Origin: a virus
DNA length: 64,000 nucleotides
Direction: 5' to 3' (one strand)
IMG/VR virus record: IMGVR_UViG_3300045684_000009
Location: 32,001-96,000 of that record
The position numbers and the translations under genes were made by a program. Below the pieces are notes generated by a model that was not told the DNA's origin, did not search any database, and saw nothing but the letters and a program-made list of their open reading frames with translations. Below, piece by piece: positions 9,529-19,365 of this stretch; within the stretch, counting starts at the first letter, position 1, and every line of letters begins with the position of its first letter.

Positions 9529-12500
9529 ATGTCAGGAGTACCAGTTACTTTGAAGATACAAAATGTAAAAAACGGGGACACCCCTTGTAAGAATCCTATT
9601 GTTGAAGTGGTATGTCAGCAAGGGAATTTGGCATTTCCATGTTCTAGAAAAGTTAAACCAAATGGGGAACTAGAAATAGTTATACCTACTGAAGCTTTTG
9701 AGCAAGGAGACTCTTGTGTTACATTAGCGGTCAAATGCGAAGAGTGTGACAGATGCCCTGCTAAAGAAGTAGAGGTATGTTTTTGCGACTCAGACACCGA
9801 TTGTAAAGACTGTCAATTATGTATTGATGGTATTTGTATAGACCAATGCCCTGAAGAATTTTGTATAAACGGCGTTTGTGCAGAGTGTGCTTCTGATGAA
9901 GATTGTCCTGAAGGTTTTGTTTGTCTTAACGGTAGATGTGTATGTCAATCTGGACTTATAGATGACAGAGGACATTGTGTTGATTGTTTAGGCGATGAAG
10001 ATTGTGGTCTTTGTGAAGTGTGTATTGGTGGAGACTGTGTACCTAAAGATTGTGGAGACCAAAAATGTGATCCAGATACAGGAGACTGTGTAGATTGCTT
10101 GACTTCAGAAGATTGTGGACCAAACCAAATATGTATAGACGGAGAGTGTGTATGTAAGGAAGGTTTTAGACCAGACCCTGTAACAGGTGAATGTGTAGCA
10201 GACTGTTTCAAAGATTCAGATTGTGGACCATGTGAAATTTGTGTAGGTGGACAATGTCAATCTAGATGTGAAGAAGGTGAGAAGTGTATAGACGATAAGT
10301 GTGTACCTTGGCCATGTAACGATGTAGCTTGTGATGATGGTGCAGATTGTGGTGTAGGTTGCGGTTGTGTAAATGGTGAATGTGTACCGTGTGCTTTATT
10401 AGGTTGTGCATCCCCGACAGAGTTTGGAGGTTGTGAAGCTGCTAATGTTTTAGGTTGCGAATGTAACGCTGCAGGAGATTGTGTTGGTGTAACTGACCCT
10501 TGTGCTAATTACGCTTGTTCTCAAGATTGTGGAAACAGACCTGATTGCGAATGTGTTGGCGGAAAGTGCGTATCTAAAAACTGTAAGTCTGATTTTAAAT
10601 TAAATAAAGAAGGTTGTTCATTAAAGGCTACTTTGTCTAGTAACGAATGTTGCCCATGTGGACCTCATACTATAAATAATAGAATAGACAACGCTACAAG
10701 ATTGTCTAGCCAAATTGATGTAATAGAAGGTACTCTTTTCATAAGAAAAGGTATACAAGCTAAAGTAACTAAAGAGCCTACGGGCGCAAGTGGTTTAATT
10801 TTGGATTCTATTCCATTAGTGGATGACTCGGTTGCATATTCTGTGGCGGGGAATGAAGAACCTATTTCAGGAAAAATAGGAATATATATAACATACGAAT
10901 TAGAAACTCCAACAGGGTCTATAATCGAAGATGATACTTACGGACCTGAATCAGACAATCCGTTAGTACAATTAGATGTTTTGTCTTCTTCGGAGGTTTT
11001 GTGGACGTTGAATAATACAGTAGGTTATGTACCTGTAGGTTCAGTTATAAATGGAAACACTGTAAAATCTGCAAATGTAACATTTAGAGTATACGAAACT
11101 ATTGTATTCTTAAGTGGTTGCAAATATGAACCACAATATCTATTCAGATATAAAGTGGACAGTCCTGCATACTTTGATGTAGCTACTACTCCTATTTCAG
11201 AAGATGTATTCTTCCATAGGTCAACTCTATTAGTGACTGACAATTGTGCTAACCCAACATTCTTTTGGTTTAGAGGTCATGAGTCTGTAGATGGTGTACA
11301 GTTTGACCAACTACCTTTCAGAGTAACATATGTTAGTAAAGATTCAACTTCTGACTTTGTAGACATAATCGATTCAACTGAAATAAATCAATTACATAAT
11401 GTAAACAACAATATAGACGACCACTCTGAATTGTGGTCAGGACATTATTATAAAGTAACTACGAATTGTGGTTGTGGGTCTAAAACAGTAAACTTAGAAT
11501 CTTGCGGAAGTGAGCCAGGCATTGCTGTATTTTGTGATCCTACAGAAGCTAAAGTAGATTGGCAGTGTGGTTCAGTCACGTTTGCTAAAGACTTTGTAAC
11601 TGGATGTCCAATTAACTTCAATTTAGGTAATGACTTAGATTCTCAAAATACACCATTCCCTTATGCGTCAGGTGACCCTGACAGTTCTAATCAATCTGAC
11701 ATCCACGAAGATGCTCAAGTGTATTGGGCTATATATGCTAACGGTATTGATATTATACCTGACAGTATTCAAAGGGCAAAGAGTGGGTCAAACGTTGATT
11801 CTAATGGAAATCCTATACAAGTTATTTACAAAGAAAACGACGAGTACGAATTTGATAATTTAAGCTCGATAGTTATTAAGTGGGGTAGATGCTTAGAGAA
11901 AGACTCTAATGGTAACTGTATTACGTTCCAACCTTATAAGTGTGACGAGTGTAATATTACTTTAGTTAGTAACGTACCTCCAATTTCGACACCAGGTTAC
12001 GATATTGAATGTATAGACGATGGTGGAGCAAGAAGTTGGTTAGTTACCTTCAAGAGTTTACAAAACTATCCTGACTTAGCTAGTATCGTATTTAACGGAG
12101 TTGAAAAACCTATTGGTAATTCAACAGAAGCTGCTTTTTCAGTAGGTGTTCCTCAGTCTTATGACGTTACGTTTAAATTTAATGAGAAATGTCAAGCTAC
12201 TGAAGAGGTGGTAGTTACTGCCAATTGCGATTGTCCTGATGTATTTATTACTTCGGGTGTTGATTGCGATAACGACACTACTAGTATTAATTTAGTACTT
12301 AGTAATTCATTGAATTATTCAGGAACATATACTTTTACAAATTCAAGCGGTGAGGTTGTGGAAGTTGAAGGTGATACTGTATCATATTTAGACACATATG
12401 TAAGTGGATATACTTATACTGTTAGATTTACTAACGCATTTTGTGATAAGTCTAATTCATCAACGCCATTCTTAAGAGGAAGTTCTGTTATAGAGTCTCT

Positions 12501-14589
12501 TCAAGATTCTGAAATCAATGTTTGCGGAAATAACGCAGGTGATATTGTTTACAATACTCCTAATTTGACAGGTGACGTTGTTTATTCAGTGGACGGTGGT
12601 GCGGATTTATTCGAATCAGTATCGTCTGGTTCTGTGAATATAACAATACCTACGGGTGCTCAAACTGTTGTAATAAAAGGTAACTCTTTAGCTAACGCAG
12701 AAGGAGACCAATGTGTAACGTTAACACCTAGTACTTTTAACATCAACTATTTAGATGAACTTGTATCAGGTGCGTTAACGGTATCTGATAATGATATATG
12801 TGAAGGAGAGTCTGTTACACTTACGATAACGGGAGCATCTCCAAGCACATCTGCTATCATAGATGAGATAGCACAAACAATTGAAATAAATGGAAGCGGA
12901 GTGGGTACTTTAGTACTTACACCTGTAGAGGGTGTTCAAACATACACTTATTCTGCACTTCAAGGTGGAGAATGTGATGATTTAGTTGTAGGTCAATCTG
13001 TTTCTGTAACCGTTAATGCGGGTATAGTTGTGGAATCTATAACTACGAATTGTTCTGCTGATTTATCTACATATACTGTAACAGTGGACTTAGGTTCAAA
13101 TGCTGACTCAGTAACTGTAAATGGAAACGCAGTAACACCAGGTTTTGGTTCGATATATAATTGGGACGTACCTTCGGGGAATGTTGCTACTATTATTATA
13201 ACTACTGGAACGTGTGTAATAACTGAAGAGATTTCTGAAGATTGCGAATGTGGGGATGTACCTCAACCAACTGTGTCTCAAACTTCGGTTGATTATTGTT
13301 CAGGAGCAAACCCTGCAGTGAATGTTACATCACCTAGTGGTTCTTTATATAACATCGTAACTACAAATGGTACTGTTACACCACCTATAGACCCTGACAC
13401 TTATGTTGGTGGAGTTTCTATAACGGGAGGTTCAAGTACTACTTTAGATGCAGATGGTTTCCCAGGATGGTATGCTGCGTGGTTAGTAGCCGACGATGGT
13501 TCAGATTGTACTTCAGAACCTGTGTATGTTGAATTTACTGAAATAACACCACCAACAGTTAATATATTAGGTCCATCAACTGTATGTAACAACGAGACAG
13601 GTTCAGTGTCTGCCGTAGTTTCAAATGGTTCAGGAACTTACTCATATGAGTGGTCAACTAATCAAGGTTCGGTAACAGGAAGTAGTTCTAGTGTGAACTT
13701 TGATCCTCAATCTACAATAGGTACAATGACTATCACTGTAATAATTACAGATTTAATAACTGATTGTACAAACACTGCCAATATCAATATTACTCTTGAG
13801 GATTGTACTACTCCTTGTGATGAAGTAACTTTGGAGTTAGGCGATGTTTCTCAAGATTGTCTAAACTATACTGTTGAATGGCCTATATTAGGTGGAATTG
13901 CTCCTTATACAATAGGTTCAGTTACAGGAGGTGTGATAAATGGAAACAACGGTACGAATATAACTTATCCAGCTTGTACTGCAGGTAACTGTATCAGCAT
14001 AGTGGGTGGTGACGTTTTAACTATAGATTTTGCAGAGGCTGAATTAGGTGAAGTATTTGATGGAGGAAGAGTGACAATAGTTGACGATAACGGTTGTGAA
14101 CGAACATTCGTAGTAAATTTCGGAGGATGTTCAATACCTGACTGTGATGTAACATTATCAGGTTCAGGACCGTCAGGGTTGATATTTACAAGTACAGAGT
14201 ATAATGGTGAGGATATATTAATCAATACATTTAACAATTCTCAAGAACTTGTAAATAGTGAACGTTTTGTTATTAAAGTGACTAATGACGGAACAACTAC
14301 TACGTTAGTTGATACAGGGTATACTTATCAGATATATAACGCAGGTGAGTGTCAAGAGGATAATGGTTACCCAATTGTAGATTTAAGTGCTACACCTGTG
14401 GGTACAATTATAAACGGATTATTACCTACGGTTGCCGCAGGTGTCGATGTTGAATTTGAAAGTACGGTGAACACCGAATTGTTGATAACTTACACTACTG
14501 CACCAGGGGATGTGATTACGATCGAGCGTAATGATCCAGGCTGTTCAGGTTTAACTGGGGGGTTTGTATTGAAAGTGACGTGTCCTTAA
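9529..14589 (+). CDS. Giant Cys-rich adhesin-like virion protein (C..D.DC...C..G.C repeats plus tandem Ig-like domains)
   Basis: N-terminal tandem repeats such as CASDEDCPEGFVCLNGRC and CLTSEDCGPNQICIDGEC. C-terminal ICEGESVTLT and PTVNILGPSTVC...SGTYSYEWS Ig-like units. No signal peptide. Confidence 0.7.
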   Translation: MSGVPVTLKIQNVKNGDTPCKNPIVEVVCQQGNLAFPCSRKVKPNGELEIVIPTEAFEQGDSCVTLAVKCEECDRCPAKEVEVCFCDSDTDCKDCQLCIDGICIDQCPEEFCINGVCAECASDEDCPEGFVCLNGRCVCQSGLIDDRGHCVDCLGDEDCGLCEVCIGGDCVPKDCGDQKCDPDTGDCVDCLTSEDCGPNQICIDGECVCKEGFRPDPVTGECVADCFKDSDCGPCEICVGGQCQSRCEEGEKCIDDKCVPWPCNDVACDDGADCGVGCGCVNGECVPCALLGCASPTEFGGCEAANVLGCECNAAGDCVGVTDPCANYACSQDCGNRPDCECVGGKCVSKNCKSDFKLNKEGCSLKATLSSNECCPCGPHTINNRIDNATRLSSQIDVIEGTLFIRKGIQAKVTKEPTGASGLILDSIPLVDDSVAYSVAGNEEPISGKIGIYITYELETPTGSIIEDDTYGPESDNPLVQLDVLSSSEVLWTLNNTVGYVPVGSVINGNTVKSANVTFRVYETIVFLSGCKYEPQYLFRYKVDSPAYFDVATTPISEDVFFHRSTLLVTDNCANPTFFWFRGHESVDGVQFDQLPFRVTYVSKDSTSDFVDIIDSTEINQLHNVNNNIDDHSELWSGHYYKVTTNCGCGSKTVNLESCGSEPGIAVFCDPTEAKVDWQCGSVTFAKDFVTGCPINFNLGNDLDSQNTPFPYASGDPDSSNQSDIHEDAQVYWAIYANGIDIIPDSIQRAKSGSNVDSNGNPIQVIYKENDEYEFDNLSSIVIKWGRCLEKDSNGNCITFQPYKCDECNITLVSNVPPISTPGYDIECIDDGGARSWLVTFKSLQNYPDLASIVFNGVEKPIGNSTEAAFSVGVPQSYDVTFKFNEKCQATEEVVVTANCDCPDVFITSGVDCDNDTTSINLVLSNSLNYSGTYTFTNSSGEVVEVEGDTVSYLDTYVSGYTYTVRFTNAFCDKSNSSTPFLRGSSVIESLQDSEINVCGNNAGDIVYNTPNLTGDVVYSVDGGADLFESVSSGSVNITIPTGAQTVVIKGNSLANAEGDQCVTLTPSTFNINYLDELVSGALTVSDNDICEGESVTLTITGASPSTSAIIDEIAQTIEINGSGVGTLVLTPVEGVQTYTYSALQGGECDDLVVGQSVSVTVNAGIVVESITTNCSADLSTYTVTVDLGSNADSVTVNGNAVTPGFGSIYNWDVPSGNVATIIITTGTCVITEEISEDCECGDVPQPTVSQTSVDYCSGANPAVNVTSPSGSLYNIVTTNGTVTPPIDPDTYVGGVSITGGSSTTLDADGFPGWYAAWLVADDGSDCTSEPVYVEFTEITPPTVNILGPSTVCNNETGSVSAVVSNGSGTYSYEWSTNQGSVTGSSSSVNFDPQSTIGTMTITVIITDLITDCTNTANINITLEDCTTPCDEVTLELGDVSQDCLNYTVEWPILGGIAPYTIGSVTGGVINGNNGTNITYPACTAGNCISIVGGDVLTIDFAEAELGEVFDGGRVTIVDDNGCERTFVVNFGGCSIPDCDVTLSGSGPSGLIFTSTEYNGEDILINTFNNSQELVNSERFVIKVTNDGTTTTLVDTGYTYQIYNAGECQEDNGYPIVDLSATPVGTIINGLLPTVAAGVDVEFESTVNTELLITYTTAPGDVITIERNDPGCSGLTGGFVLKVTCP

Positions 14590-14614
14590 TAGAAATTTAG
14601 AAATATAGTAATAA

Positions 14615-16702
14615 ATGGAAAACTGTACAAACTGTGGGTCTAATTGTTTTGAAAAACCTAATAACTGCATATATCATGCAGGTAAATCAGAAGGTGTTGT
14701 AAAACAAGGAAGTTCACAAGCTATAGTAAATGAAGAACTAGGAAAAGAGCTTAATCGAGTCGCCAATAAGGTGGACTCGTGCTCTTTCTGTTCAGGTGGT
14801 ACATCAAACTCTAGTAGTTCTGATGTTTCTACGAATTCCGTTGTAAACTCTAATCCAATTAGATGCAATGTGGCGGGCAGTTTTTCTGAAACAGCTAAGA
14901 TAAAAGTTGAAACTATACCTGACGCTAATGGTGTCGGTGTAGTATATGATTTAACAGATGCATTACCTGAAGGTAAAGTGATATCATCTAGAACGTGTGT
15001 TGAGGGAAAAGTAGGTGGAGAAGATAGAATACTAACGGAGTCCGATAGTCTACGTTCTTCTTTTTCATTAAAACCTAATCAGTTTCCTGCAACTCTAGAC
15101 GTTAGCACTCGAGTGATGACAGATAGTGGGGAAAAGGTGATAACAGGACGAACTCCTTTGGATTCCAATGGAAAAGCAGATACACCTATTGTAGAAATTA
15201 AATCAATTGGTAGAGATGCTACTAACTTTCAATCTGATGTAAATAAAGTATTTGATGATAAACTTTGTTCTCTAGAGTCTAAAGTAGATTCTGTATATAG
15301 TTCAAGTTTATTTGCGGAGATAGAAGCCTTAAAACTTCAAGTAGCCTCATTACAAACTACATTAGCTAATGTATCGAATCTTAAAGTAACATACCAAGAC
15401 AACTGTGACGATTGTGGTGGTGGAACAACTACAAGCACATTAGGTGCAGCACTTACGAGTATTAACCAAAAGGCTTGTACAAACGCTGCAGGAGTGCTTG
15501 AGAACCGTTCTACGGGTACTTCTCTTACTGATCGATATAATAGTATACCTGTAACCTTAAATGCGTTATCGGGAGCTTACACAACACCTGGCGGTACAAT
15601 TACGTATCCTAATACAACAGGTGGTGGCGGCGGTGGTGGAAGTACAGATGGTAATGGCGGTGATGATGGAGGTACAACTCCTACAACCATTACTTGTCCG
15701 ATAACTATCACATACTATAATAGAAAGAATTGTGGTGGAAATATTTTATCTGAAGTACAGAGTGCATTAACTGCTGAAATAGGAACTATCGACCCTAATT
15801 TTACATTAGTGTGGAAGTCTGACAGATCTGGTACAATATCTACACCTAGCGTGTGTCCTGGAATGAATTTTACAGTAACTTGTGGGGAAAATACATCACC
15901 GCTAATTAGTGCGTTACAAACTACTGTCCCTACTGCTGTACAATCAGCTAGAGACTTTGTTGCATCTAATTGTGAATGTGATGTGGATACTCAAGATACA
16001 GACTGTGGAAACTTCGAAGACTTATATGAAATCATATGTATAGCTCCAGATAAAGTGAGCGTAGTACCTACTTCTGCAGGTTATGTAGTTAGTTGGGGTG
16101 GTAATAAAACAGGTAATCCCTCTTATACTCAGCAGTCAGAGTTTGGTAATCCAGACACTATAGGTTTCAATGACGGACATGGTGATACTATATATTTAGC
16201 ATTTAGAGTGATTAGATTGTCTGATAGCACTGTATGTGGAGAAGGAACTGATGAATTGAATCAAGTTGAATTCTTTGCAAACTGTACAAGTGGTGACGGT
16301 GGCGGCGGTGAAAATGGTTGTATCTATCAGAATATACCTTACGTGGGTAACTTTAATCTATCAAATGGTATTGTAACAATGATATCAGAAGATGGTGGAG
16401 ACATTGCTATAACTGGTAGTGGATTTACGGATTTAATACAAAGTGGTGTACCTACAGAAGTTCCGACTTGGAATCCTACTGTAAGTGCTACAGCTTATGA
16501 TCCTGATAATTGTTTCGCACCTTATTTCTTTGAGATTCATCCTAATGACTTATCTACTGATCTAGTACCAGGCGAAGAACCAGACTGTTGTGCACCAGGA
16601 GAGTCGTGTTGTCAGTACAGTAATGGCTCGTATGATTGTGATGACCCAGCTACATGCGCTGCGGGAGGCGGACAAGCAGCTTCAGATGGAGATTGTTGTT
16701 AA
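14615..16702 (+). CDS. Cys-rich structural protein with coiled coil and Gly/Thr linkers
   Basis: N-terminal CxxC motifs, a heptad segment (EIEALKLQVASLQTTL), poly-Gly linkers and a Cys-rich C-terminus ending CC. Confidence 0.6.
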   Translation: MENCTNCGSNCFEKPNNCIYHAGKSEGVVKQGSSQAIVNEELGKELNRVANKVDSCSFCSGGTSNSSSSDVSTNSVVNSNPIRCNVAGSFSETAKIKVETIPDANGVGVVYDLTDALPEGKVISSRTCVEGKVGGEDRILTESDSLRSSFSLKPNQFPATLDVSTRVMTDSGEKVITGRTPLDSNGKADTPIVEIKSIGRDATNFQSDVNKVFDDKLCSLESKVDSVYSSSLFAEIEALKLQVASLQTTLANVSNLKVTYQDNCDDCGGGTTTSTLGAALTSINQKACTNAAGVLENRSTGTSLTDRYNSIPVTLNALSGAYTTPGGTITYPNTTGGGGGGGSTDGNGGDDGGTTPTTITCPITITYYNRKNCGGNILSEVQSALTAEIGTIDPNFTLVWKSDRSGTISTPSVCPGMNFTVTCGENTSPLISALQTTVPTAVQSARDFVASNCECDVDTQDTDCGNFEDLYEIICIAPDKVSVVPTSAGYVVSWGGNKTGNPSYTQQSEFGNPDTIGFNDGHGDTIYLAFRVIRLSDSTVCGEGTDELNQVEFFANCTSGDGGGGENGCIYQNIPYVGNFNLSNGIVTMISEDGGDIAITGSGFTDLIQSGVPTEVPTWNPTVSATAYDPDNCFAPYFFEIHPNDLSTDLVPGEEPDCCAPGESCCQYSNGSYDCDDPATCAAGGGQAASDGDCC

Positions 16703-16720
16703 CATAAAAAATAACAAAAG

Positions 16721-17101
16721 ATGGAAGATAAATATACTATAAAACAGGTAGCAGATAAAATTGAAACTGCGTTATTACTAGACACTACAATATCTAGAAC
16801 TAAATGTTGGATGACATTTTTAACTGTAGAAGAATTAAACAGTGCAGATATAGAGGATATGGCTGTAGAGCTAGTGAATAATATACACGAACATGTTGAC
16901 ACTCAATATCCTGACGCTAAGAGCGTAGAATATGCAGAACTACCAGTTTGGATAAAAGAATACGACTCAGAAAACTCTTCGAGGCGAATTATAAGAGAAA
17001 ATGAAGAGATTGGACACGAGTTTTATTATACAATACAAGATGCAGGAGACAACGTGTGGTCGTTTCAAGTTTGTGTAAATGCAGTAATAACTTTACCATA
17101 A
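16721..17101 (+). CDS. Hypothetical protein
   Basis: 126-aa ORF with an A-rich leader, co-oriented with its neighbours. Confidence 0.6.
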   Translation: MEDKYTIKQVADKIETALLLDTTISRTKCWMTFLTVEELNSADIEDMAVELVNNIHEHVDTQYPDAKSVEYAELPVWIKEYDSENSSRRIIRENEEIGHEFYYTIQDAGDNVWSFQVCVNAVITLP

Positions 17102-17899
17102 ATGAAATATATTATAATATTTATGATAATGCTGTTCACTTTTGGTTGTACAAAAGATGATAGAGTGTTTCATAGAACTCCTGTAGTTCTTCCACAAGTG
17201 TCGAGTGAATATAGAGAGTGTTTGATACGGTATAAGAATTCATATTATGACAACAGTGATCTTGTGAATATTCGAATTAGAATAATAAACATACATGACG
17301 CAGGTATATCTTCTCTAGTGTCAACTAAGGCATCTTATACAAAAACGGTTGAAGACAGTTTAAATGCTAATTTTTACGAAGCGGGGTTTAAATTTTATGT
17401 AGCTAGTGAAGAACACAAATACACTGGTGAGACTATAAGTAGTTTTGCATTAAACGGGAATAAGTACAACAAATTAGGTGTCATAACTATTCTTGTATAT
17501 CATACTGAGCAAAGATTATATAATGGTATAGCTATGGGTGCACCGAGTACTTTAATAGGTGTACACGCTTCTAGGATGGGTTCTAAGACTTTACCACACG
17601 AAATGGGTCATGCCCTTGGTTTATTTCACACATTTGAACCAGATTCTTCAGACGGCAGTGGTGCAACGCTTGGTGACGGTATTTGTGATACACCAGCTTA
17701 TAATTTGATGGATTTATCAATCAACGATGACTGCGAACATGACGGTGGTACAATGTACACAGAAGAAGAATTAGAAATTATAATCCCAAACTATTTATCT
17801 TATACGGGTGAATGTAGAGAAAATCTAACACCCGTTCAAATACTTGTAACTAGGTGGTATATAACAAACGCTCCAATACTTACAGCATGCGTATATTAA
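17102..17899 (+). CDS. Lipoprotein M43 (pappalysin/ulilysin-like) zinc metalloprotease
   Basis: HEMGHALGLFHTF (HExxHxxGxxH), the DGICDTP motif and a Met-turn region NYLSY. N-terminal hydrophobic stretch with lipobox TFGC. Confidence 0.85.
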   Translation: MKYIIIFMIMLFTFGCTKDDRVFHRTPVVLPQVSSEYRECLIRYKNSYYDNSDLVNIRIRIINIHDAGISSLVSTKASYTKTVEDSLNANFYEAGFKFYVASEEHKYTGETISSFALNGNKYNKLGVITILVYHTEQRLYNGIAMGAPSTLIGVHASRMGSKTLPHEMGHALGLFHTFEPDSSDGSGATLGDGICDTPAYNLMDLSINDDCEHDGGTMYTEEELEIIIPNYLSYTGECRENLTPVQILVTRWYITNAPILTACVY

Positions 17900-18486
17900 T
17901 TTATATTTTATGTTTATTTGTTTTAGTAAGTTGTGCCGATAAACAAGCAGTAGATACTGTAGAGTTTGAGGATATGGCTTTCGATTATGCGGTGAACGGA
18001 TTTGACTCTAATGAAGAATTAGATGAAAGTTTGTTGATGCTGTATGATATGGCAAATAAATTACCAATAGATTATATATTTATACATTGTGCCGCAACAC
18101 CAGAAGGATTTGACGCTGATGCTGCGTTTTTTGAAAGAGTGTGGGAGAGTAGAGGTTGGAGGAATCCAGGATACCACATTATAATTCGATTAGACGGCTC
18201 TATTATATGGGCAGGAGATATAGAATGCGACGGTTTGTCATGGGATAATATAAGAAATGGAGTGAAAGGTAAGAACACTAGGTCGTTCCATATATCGTAT
18301 GTGGGTGGTGTAGATAAATATAGACGACCAAAAGATACAAGAACTCCTGAACAAAAACAAACTTTAAAGAATTCAGTAGACATACTTAAAATGTTATATC
18401 CAGATGCTGAAGTGTTAGGTCATAGAGACGCACCAGGTGTGAATAAAGCATGCCCTAGTTTCTCAGTAAAAGATGAATACAATTAG
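17887..18486 (+). CDS. N-acetylmuramoyl-L-alanine amidase (T7 lysozyme-like endolysin) with lipoprotein signal
   Basis: IFIHCAAT, GYH, ISYVGG, GHRD and KACPSF motifs. The likely start at ATG 17887 gives MRILIYILCLFVLVSC (lipobox LVSC). Confidence 0.85.
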   Translation: MRILIYILCLFVLVSCADKQAVDTVEFEDMAFDYAVNGFDSNEELDESLLMLYDMANKLPIDYIFIHCAATPEGFDADAAFFERVWESRGWRNPGYHIIIRLDGSIIWAGDIECDGLSWDNIRNGVKGKNTRSFHISYVGGVDKYRRPKDTRTPEQKQTLKNSVDILKMLYPDAEVLGHRDAPGVNKACPSFSVKDEYN

Positions 18487-18529
18487 TAAAAACTAATTTT
18501 ACTAGAGGTAAATATTAATTTAAAATTCG

Positions 18530-18537
18530 TATATTTG
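18530..18537 (+). promoter_or_regulatory. Candidate Bacteroidota sigmaA -7 promoter element (TATATTTG)
   Basis: Matches TAnnTTTG in the longest intergenic gap of the plus block, upstream of the tail/cargo genes. No clear -33 element was seen. Confidence 0.45.
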
Positions 18538-18639
18538 TTCTATTATTTTAACAAATAAACTTAATACATGTATAGAAGAGGAGGTATTGGGTGTGAATAA
18601 TAATAATAAACATATCTGTATAGGATATAAACTTAGAAA

Positions 18640-19362
18640 ATGGCTGATATTCGTAGTTATAGGGACTCAGTTGAGTACTTCAAACATGTACCTTTAGATT
18701 CATCGGGCTACCAGTCTGACGACTTGGGGTGGAGCGATAGAGTGATAGTAGAGCACCTATTAGATGTAAGAACTTCTGAGATAAAACAAAGACAACTAGT
18801 AGGTATACCTATCGATAAACACAACGAACAGACATTACCTTGTATTGAATTAGAAGAAGTAGACGCTGTAGATTGTCCTTGTCCACCTCCATCGGGGTGT
18901 ATTTGGTTAAAATCTAATGATATATTACCTAGAATGATATCTTTAACTTCCGTAAGTTCTATAGACGGAAGTATAAACTTTAACCCTGTGGATTGGACCA
19001 AGTTAAAGTATAAAGTTAATAGTAGAATTAAGTCCAATCAAAAAAAGAAATATTACACCACTAGAGACACAGGCGAAGGTACATATTTGTACATATTAAA
19101 CGATGATTTTCTTAAAGCGGTATCTCTTACTGCAATATTCGAAGACCCGTACTGTGCGTTTTCATTCCCTAAATGTGGAGAACAAAATATAGAAGCGTTG
19201 TGTAATCCTTGGAATGTTGACATCAAAACAGATAGGTCAATATTCGAGGCAATTATAAGAAAAGCGTGGCAAATATTGCTTTCCATAAGGTCTGCGGCTG
19301 GATCAGACACATATAATGATTCTCAAGACAATACTAAAAATGTGATTCAGCCTAAATTCTAA
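18640..19362 (+). CDS. crAss-like tail ring (tubular) protein
   Basis: SDD...SDR.I...L, QTLPCIELEEVD..C.C...GC..LKS and YLYI..........AIFEDP patterns recalled from crAss-like ring proteins, with matching synteny (ring, HU-like, ring, muzzle). Confidence 0.65.
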   Translation: MADIRSYRDSVEYFKHVPLDSSGYQSDDLGWSDRVIVEHLLDVRTSEIKQRQLVGIPIDKHNEQTLPCIELEEVDAVDCPCPPPSGCIWLKSNDILPRMISLTSVSSIDGSINFNPVDWTKLKYKVNSRIKSNQKKKYYTTRDTGEGTYLYILNDDFLKAVSLTAIFEDPYCAFSFPKCGEQNIEALCNPWNVDIKTDRSIFEAIIRKAWQILLSIRSAAGSDTYNDSQDNTKNVIQPKF

Positions 19363-19365
19363 AAC

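Noticed and set aside
9780-10590. CRISPR-like or tandem DNA array
   Set aside because: The recurrent gattgt/tgtgta words reflect Cys/Asp codons in a coding repeat. There are no identical repeats with unique spacers.
15620-15670. GGT/GGC-rich simple repeat or G-rich element
   Set aside because: It encodes an in-frame poly-Gly linker with mixed codons.
1-16702. Eukaryotic or NCLDV origin of the Cys-rich genes (chimeric assembly)
   Set aside because: They are intronless, tightly packed and co-oriented with clear phage fibre and tail genes. They share the same leader style, and Cys enrichment continues into the crAss-type ring and muzzle genes.
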